Source of the DNA: the human T2T-CHM13v2.0 reference genome, Homo sapiens
Reading direction: 5' to 3' (one strand)
NCBI RefSeq assembly: GCF_009914755.1
Contig: NC_060932.1
Length of the DNA: 64,000 nt
Below are positions 54,901 to 64,000 of the stretch, piece by piece. The notes below the pieces were generated by a model. The model did no database searches and was not told the DNA's origin. It saw only the letters and a list, made by a program, of their open reading frames with translations. A program made the translations under genes and the position numbers. Numbering within the stretch: position 1 is the stretch's first letter; each line of letters begins with the position of its first letter.

Positions 54901-57254
54901 GATGGAGGGCCAGCAGCCGGGACTGGTGCTTGGAAAGTGGGCAAGGCATTGCGGGTCTGGGAAGGGGAGAATGAGACGCCCAGATGGGCAGTGGTGGGCA
55001 GGCAGATGTGAGCAAAGAAGTAGTTCAGGGACGTCTGGCAGTGTGCCGCACACAAGGGCAATGGTACAAGGTGCAAATGAAATCTGCCTGGAAGGAAAGA
55101 TGTCCCCCTCAGAGGGGTGTTCACTTAGAATCAGAGGGAGACAGCCCAGCATGTCACAGGCCTGAGATAATGGCATCTGCAAATCTGGAAAGGCAAAGTG
55201 TGGCCTTTGGGACAAGCGTCACATAGCTGTCCTGTGACGCTGGCCGGCCAGCCCTTGTCAGAGGCACCAGTTAAGGCTGTTTAGATTTCAGGGGTCTCTC
55301 TGTTCCTCCTATCTTGGGGACCAGTTATGCTTGTGCTGTTTGAATATCTCCCCTGACTCTCTCAGTGAGCACCCCCTATCCATAGAGCTACACCAGGGTG
55401 ACTCCACACATGCATGAGAGCAGGGACACCATCACATGGTGACTTCTTACAGCACCCAAAACAGCGCCAAGTATACACTAGGCATCTGGCATCAGCTGAG
55501 CGAATGCAGAAGGCATTACTGAGTTATGCCAGGCGTGGTTTGAAAGTGGCCAGAGAGGAAGGAGCTGTGCAAAGGTAGGAGGAGTGGGGTGGCACGGCAG
55601 GGTTTCATCAGCTAGAAGTGGGGTAGCTCTAAGCCCCTCCACGACCCTTGCTGTGCTCCTGGCCTCGTGGGGTCTGATGCAAGACCTCTACTAGGAAGTA
55701 TCAGGGCTGGCTGGGAAAGTCGAGCCTCATCAGTTGGTCCCTGCATTTATTTGGCAGAACAGGGAGGCCAGGACATTCCGGGAAGCTGGGAGCAAATCAA
55801 TTTCAGGTCATTCAATTGCAGATCAACTAGTCTAACCCTGTATCTTGATGAGGTCAAAATTGAGACCCAGGGAGGGGAGGTCACCTGGCCAAGGTCAAAC
55901 GATCAGAGTCGGGACATCAAGATCTCATTTGCTGACCACATGTACATTGTCCTGTGGTCACAGTAAAAAGAGGAATCCTGGGGAGGGTTTCACCTCCTTG
56001 GGTCTGAACAATGCCATCCCCACATCCCCCTACATAGTCATGACAGGCTCTACTAGAATCATCTCAAGCCTCCTTCTTCACCCTAAGCCTGTCATTTACC
56101 CATAAGATCCAGGGAGGGAAGAGGCCTGAACAGGATGGGGTTCAGTGGCCCGTCTGCCATAGACGCCCCTCTACCTGGCTCCTGTAGGCTGACCTTTCCC
56201 CTCGAGTCTCTAGAAGCTTTTCCTGCCTGTTCACCCAGGGGACACAAGCAGCTGGTTATACCACACTGCCCCCCTCCCAACCCCTGACACCCTGCTTCCT
56301 CCACGGATTCTCTCCCCTGGAGAGAAATCTAGATCAAGGCAAGTCCTGGGACCTGTGTTCATTGGCAGGACCCCATGCTCTGGCCTCCCAAGCACTGGTC
56401 CAGCCCTGGGCTCCGTAAGTCCCCAGGCACCGTCCAGGTGCTTCAGAGAGCACCAGGCCCTGAGTGTTTCAACATCGTGCAAGGACCTGGGGTTTCTGCT
56501 TTTGCAATCGCCCCTGGGTTCATCCACACCTCACTGCCTCATGTCTCGACCCCTCTGGTGGTGTCCTGTCCTCTCATTCTGGTCAGTTCTGCCTGCCCCT
56601 CCAGGTTCGTCGTCTCCAAAGAGTGACTTTTGAGTGTTGCTTCTCTGGTAAATAATTTCTAACGGCTTCCCAGAGTCAACCTGCAAAAGCCACTCCTCTG
56701 CCGGACTTCTGAGAACCTTGTTTTTCCCCTTCCCCTCCATTTTCTCACTTAAAAAAAAAAAATCTATGGTTTCTCCAACCCAGAGCTCCCTCTTCCTTCA
56801 CTCAAGGATTCAGATCTCCTCCTTCTCTAGGGCCCAGCCCTGCTCCAACCTCCTCCCCATGGCCTCAGGGCCAGAGAAATTTGTAGATCATCTGGAGCCA
56901 ACCCCTTATTTTCTAGATTAGGAAACTGAGGCCCAGCGAGGTTCATTGATTGGCCTCAAAGTGAAACTACTAACTAGAGAGAGGGGAGTCCAGATTGCCT
57001 CACTCTACAATAAAACACCTTTATATCCTCTCTGGCTGGAGAGAGCACAGTGTTCTGGAGGGAAAGGTATGACAGGAAGGGAAGAGATCTATCCCTGAGT
57101 CCACAGACTTCCAATTGTCCTTACAGTTAGAATCACACAATTAAGTGTTTAATTACAACCTGCTTTGCATTGTTGTTTAATTGTTTCCAAAGTAGACTGT
57201 AAGCCACTTGGGGACAGGGAAAATTCCTGGTGCCCTTGATTGTGTCTCCTCTGA

Positions 57255-57648
<394 letters not shown>

Positions 57649-59375
57649 TGGGAGGGCCATTTTAAACCCTGTACAGATGCAAGTCCAGTTTCTAAGTTCC
57701 CCATGGACAAAAGGTGGGTCAAGGGGTGGGGTGGGGAAGTACACAAGACCAAACAACGCGTTTCAGGCCCAGCGCGTTTTGGCTTCCTTGCCTGGTCACC
57801 AACATCTTGGGAGGGGTGGGTCAGGCCTCTGCTGGTCCCTCAGGCCACTGTGGTTTCTGGAGGACAGGCTGTGGTCGAGCCTCAGGAGCCCCAGCACGCA
57901 GAGTAGGGAAGCGTCTTTGGTGTATGCAGCTCCCTTCCTCTCCCTTGTCTGTCCCTCCTCATGGCATCTCCCGATGCTCTATCCTTCCCTCCATCCTGCC
58001 TTCAGAAAGCACTTCACCCCCGAGAGACTCCCGCCCTGGGCATAGGCATGGTGATCCCGGAGTCTCATGGTGGGGCTCAGAGGCACTGCTTCATTTTATG
58101 AGAACCCCATGGGTGGGAGAATGTCATAGGCTGAGGTCCCGACATCTTTGGTGAGATCGGTAGCCAGGGTGCTGGAGACAGTTTTTCTTGGTCTGGGCAA
58201 GATACATAATTTTGTTTCCTTCTCTCTGCATCTAAACTTAAAAGTATGTCTTTGGCAAAGCCGTTTAAACAGATTCACGGATTGGCAAGGTGCTGAGGGC
58301 ACCTGGGGAAGGTTCACTGGTGGTAAGTTTGCACCAGCTCCACTCCCAGGGTGGCCTGGAGCCCTCTGTGATAGGTGGGCCCTGCTCGGCACATCTGAAG
58401 GGCCCTGTCGCTCAACCTGTGCCTTTCTGGGCTCCATGTTCCTCTCCTGTGGGGCCTCCGGCATCGCGGTTGTAGCAATACCTGTGCCAGCTTCCTAGTG
58501 GGTGGATGTTTGGTCGAGGTCACTGGGTGAGAGGAAATGGCTGACGACACCCACCCTCCCACTTGCCTTCCTGCCAGCCTGGGGGATGTGCTTCTTGCAC
58601 TTCCAGATGGCATTGTTCAGTCTCTATTGTCTTCCCTTCCCTAAAATTGGGGAGCTGAGAGTGCAGGGGTGGCTTTATTTCCCATTTTCTGCAAGAGAAA
58701 TCTAAGGCTCAGATGGCGGGTGGGGGAGTCGGGGGCATGGCTCACACTGGGTCAGGTGAGACACTTGTGGCATGCTGCAGTGGCCAAGTGGCCACCGCTC
58801 CTGCTCCCTGGCCCTGGTGGCAGGAGGACCGAGGCCAAGCAGGCGGGGTTCGCCATTAGGAGGCTATAGGGAGTTGGTCTGCTCCAGAAGCCAAGGAGGG
58901 CTGCTCAGAGAAGCTAGTGGAGGGGGGATGGTGGGGGACATCTTCCCCTCATCACTGAGATGGCACAGCCGACCCAGTAATTAGCAACCCATGAGGATAG
59001 ACTGGCAGGGTGGCATTCCAGGGCCCTCTTGCCCAGATCAGACTCAATTACAGAGCACAATGACTTGCCAAAGTTCAGGGGCAGCTGCCTGCACATGCCA
59101 TGCAAAGTTTCGGGGTACTCTTCTCCCTGGCTGCAGTCACCTGCTTTGAGACCCTGCCTTACATACCAACCCACCCAACTGGAGCCTCTACACTGGTCTG
59201 TGGGACTTACTTCTCAAGGGAGACCACACCTGATGCCAACATCTTTAGGGCACTCCTTCCAGTTCACTCCCAAGAAACACCAGCCTTCGACCCCAGTCTC
59301 CAAGGCTCATGAGTGGGGGTCAAGGCCCTAATTTCCCCGTAAATGCCTGAAGCGTTTGTTCCACCCCAGAATTCA

Positions 59376-59567
<192 letters not shown>

Positions 59568-60562
59568 CTACCGAGGGCAGAGCTCTCTGCCTTCCCATGG
59601 TCCTGCTGACCTCCCTGGGGCCCCAGATCAGCACTCGGCCCTGCAAAACATTAGGATTTGTATTTGGCGGGATCTCAGCTTCAGTATTTTCATTTAAGAA
59701 GTACATATTTTGGTGGGGGTGAGAGTGGGGGAGGAGGTGGTCCAAGAGGAAACACCCTGAGCTGGCTTGAAGGCCTTGGGTGCTGGCGTGGCTCCCAGGC
59801 CTTTATGGGCCAGTGGGTGTTGGCATTGTCCTGTTTTTGCTTTAGTCTATCCTGATGGATTTCCTGCCTCAAGAGAAGCCCATCTTCCTCTGTGAGTGTG
59901 TTTGGCAGAGGATTTTTATTTATTTTTTCGGCATTTGCTTATGAACTCAATCCCCAAAGAAGCCAATTTCTTGGCTGCGTCTGGAGGGTCTGGAAGTGGT
60001 TACGAGGGTGGGTGGGACTGGGTTCAAAGGTTTGATCATGGGAGCTGTAGGAGCTGGGTGCTCGGGGCATCAGGGAGAAGTTCCCTCTCCCAGTCCTTCT
60101 CTCTCCCTCCAGGAGGCTGAGCTCTTTTTTTGGGGCGGGGGAAGTGGGGTGGGGACATCCCTCATTCTTTCCCCAAGTCCATGCAGAGTCAAGGTCCTGC
60201 TGGCCTGGCCTAGGTCTTTCAAGGTGGGCCTCTTTCCCAGAGTGCTTCACCCCTTCCCACTCCCCTTCCCGCTCTCCATCTTCCTTTCCAAGGAGGAGAG
60301 CCAGGCTGGAGCCAAGAATCTTTCTGGGTGGGTGGGAAAGAAGCATTTGCAATGAGGATGTTGGTGGGAGGGAGTATTGGTCCTTTATGGCCATCTCCCC
60401 TTCTTTCCTCTCCTGATCATTAAACAAAAGCACGACTTGCTGCTTGGAGCACTGGAAGAGTCCCTCACTGTGCACTTCCGGCCACTGGTGGCTTCCAGCA
60501 TGCCAACAACCGGGGAATTCCTGACGATTCATCTTTCCCTGCATTTTTGGATCGCAGATCAG

Positions 60563-60566
<4 letters not shown>

Positions 60567-60609
<43 letters not shown>
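60567..60609. repeat. (TG)n microsatellite
   Basis: Read directly. Confidence 0.95.
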
Positions 60610-60610
<1 letters not shown>

Positions 60611-61752
60611 ACGCGCATGTGCACTCAGAGTGAGAGCAGAGCTGGGTGTGCTGAGAGCCATGTGTGTGGTTGGAGGTCCCACTCGGGGTGGGTGTGTGTA
60701 CATGAACAGCCAGTGTGCAAACGCCCCGATGCTGTTTTGGAGGGCCTGTGTGTGTGTAAATGCAGGTAAAGGAGCATTTCTTCCTAAACACCGCCAGGGC
60801 TGAGAAAGACTTCTGAGCACAGGTGGGTGCCAGGGAGTCTCCTCGTGTGCTTAGGTATGGAGGGCAGATGGGACAAGTCAGTGCGGGCAAGATGTGTGGG
60901 CATGTGGGCTGTGGAGTACACTCCACCGTGGGCACACTTGACGCTGCCCAAAACTGGTGACCTCAGTTCTGTGCGGACAAGTCTGAAGTGAGAACTCACT
61001 GGATTTGTGCAATGGAGAATTTATCCTCTATCTCCTCAAGGGAGATAGAGACTAATGCCTCTCACTAGGGCTTTCCTCAAGAATCCCCTCTTCAAAACCT
61101 CCAAAGGCAGAGAATTGAGGCGTGAGGAGGAGGGGAAAGGGTTCACACATGCTAGACCACTTCTCCGGGCCAGGCCCTGGGCTGTAGGCCTTCACTTATG
61201 ACATCTCCTCCATCTTCCCATTTCCTGGAGGCTTGAGAGGTAAAGCCAGGCCAACAGTGAGTGGTGGTGCTGGGATTTGAATCCAGGCCTGCTTGGTGCC
61301 CAAGCCCACGCTGCTTCACGGAACTGCAGGGCTAAGTTTGGTGCCCAGTGCTGTGCCAGAGGCCAGCCCAGTACCTGAGCATCCCTTTCAAGGTAGGTTG
61401 GGGGCATCCTCCTGGGGCAGGGATCTGAGAGAGGGGAGCTGGGGGAAGGATGGGGGTGGACAGGGGTTACAAGCAGCCTCCAGTCAGATGGCCCCCTGCA
61501 CTGTGAAGCTGGCTGCATTCTTTACTAGCCATTCACATGGCGCAGGATGGTCTGTGCCTCAGTGTTATCCTCTTAAAATGGGGACACTGATGGCAGTGAC
61601 CATAAAAGGCAGTTGTGGAGATGAAATCAGGGCATCCAAGAAAACTCTCAGGCTGGTGCTAGCACACGACAAAGCAGCACCATGAGGTTTTGATTCCTGT
61701 GATCGTCACTGATGCCCTGGCTGGGGGAAGGGGTCCCTAGGGTCTTACTCAC

Positions 61753-61798
61753 CTGATAACTCCTGGCCCTGAATCTTCCCTTCCTTCAGGTCGGCGCC
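61753..61798 (-). CDS. PEBP4: PEBP4 internal coding exon (GADLKEGKIQGQELS)
   Basis: ctttcag| acceptor and |GTGAGT donor; 46 nt; phase 1 joins the next exon. Confidence 0.95.
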
Positions 61799-63013
61799 CT
61801 GAAAGAAGAGACAAGCAGGGCTGTAGGTTATGTCTTGGGCACACTTCAGGCCACGTGGGCTCTGCGGGATTGCTTCTCTCTCTGCAGGAGGAGGATGGGA
61901 GAGGAAGGAGGATGGGAGAAGAAGTAGGATGGGAGAGGAGGAAAATGGGAGAGCAGGAGGATGTATGGCTGCTTTTGGGAGACAGGGCAGTGAGTGGGGT
62001 TTTGGAATGGGTACCTCAGGGGATCCAGGGAAAGAGGACAGACACACGTATTGCTGAGGGGGGCAAATGGACACCTTCCCTCTAGAGAGGCCCTGTAGGA
62101 CACTTCCCAAAGAGCTGTTCCACGATCCCTATTGGTGCCTGAGACTGGGCGCTACACATCACCTGCAGGGTCTGGTCGGATCTAAGGGAGGCGCTTAGGT
62201 CTGCAGTTCTCTGGATCTTACTAAGGAGCCCATCTTCTCTGGAGGGAGGACTCTGCTCCCTTTGGAGCCTTTAGAATATTAAGCAATGGGCTCAGAGCAA
62301 CCAGCGGGGGAAGGGAAAGCAGGAGGAGGCTACACTGCCTGATTCTGTGGCAGCTTCTCCCCACCCTCAGTTAACTCAGCCCACAACCCTGGGGCAGTTT
62401 CTTTGGCCACTGGGACAGCCTCAGTTTCCCTCCTCTCTTTCCCTCCCTCCTCCCCTCCACTCAGTGTCTATGGGATAATGAGGTGACCCCGGGGGTGGGT
62501 GCTAATTACTGTTTGTGCAGGACTGGGAGATGCTCAGATGAAAGAGACTGGAGCCGGGCCCCTGGGTCTGTGCCATGGCTCAGGGGCCCCAGGCCATGCC
62601 AGGGAGCCCCAAGGCCCCTAGGTGTGGGGTTTTATAGCCTTAATGAAGGTGATTAGCGTGACTCTTAATTGAGTCTGCCGACACCTAACTGTGCCCTGGC
62701 TACCTTTTCACCAAGCCTAGAAGAGGGGCTCATGGGATGCTGGGAGGATGGGGGAGAGGTGGGAGGCCCTGCTTGAGGTGGGGGCAGGGGCAGGAGAGAT
62801 CCAATCCCCTAGCTTGAGGTTTACCTTTTATAGAACTAAAGTCCTACTCGCTCAGTCCAGAACCCACCAGATCTCCTACCTTTTAGACTGCAGCTTGTCT
62901 ATTATTGTCCTCACTTTGGGCCTCTTGGTCAGATATCCCTCTTCCAAGGCTGGTTCCTATAGAGCTAGGTCTCATTTGGTTGGAAGAAGGAGCAGGAGAC
63001 TGTGGAAGGATAG

Positions 63014-63572
<559 letters not shown>

Positions 63573-64000
63573 TGATGCACACTCCAGCTCTGTCTCGCTC
63601 CCCTCTCAGCACAGTCCCCCAACTCCCCGCATTTTGGGCCTGGCTTTATCCAGGGCTGGCATTATCCAGGCCCAGGTGTGGCCAAAGGGCTGTGGCCTGA
63701 CAAGGATAAGGGATTGGAGAATGGAAGCCTGTCTCCTTGCCGCCCATCTCTTCCAGGAGAGGAGGGAAGGCCTTGACAGATGCCTAGCAGCCACTCTCCC
63801 TACAGAGCTCTTCTGCCACCCGAGCAAGATGGAGAGTTCTAGGGCTGAGCGCAGGGAAGGGCTGCCCAGCCTGGTCTGCCCTGAGCTCCTCAGCCTCCCC
63901 TTATTCCTTTCCAAGTCAGCCCAGCCAGCGGTTGTTTAAACAAAACAATAGCAACCTAAGCTGGCTGTTTCTTTTCAATTCCCCCCAGGCTTGGGTCCCA

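Noticed and set aside
59939-60820. 293-aa ORF in a PEBP4 intron
   Set aside because: Runs through a (CA)n microsatellite, non-ATG start, no homology recognised.

Overview
Human (primate) genomic DNA. The proteins and gene order match the BIN3-EGR3-PEBP4 locus (8p21.3, from recall), with all three genes on the minus strand. The window holds BIN3 exon 1 and its CpG-island promoter (~3.0-3.5 kb). It holds the complete two-exon immediate-early gene EGR3 (387 aa; CDS 27196-27043 + 25734-24725), with an alternative first coding exon, a ~2.7 kb 3'UTR and an SRE/CRE promoter. It also holds the last three coding exons and poly(A) signal of PEBP4. The rest is Alu/MIR/L2/MER53 repeats, microsatellites and a ~1.1 kb (CAT/CAC)n minisatellite. 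The most interesting signal is in the EGR3 5' leader, where two GGC-repeat tracts each lie in a poly-glycine upstream ORF. One is an AUG-initiated 39-aa uORF whose stop overlaps the EGR3 start codon (AUGA); the other is a GUG-initiated 93-aa uORF. This resembles the NOTCH2NLC uN2C and FMR1 FMRpolyG arrangement. Most ORF-track entries are chance ORFs. Repeat boundaries and motif functions were judged by eye.
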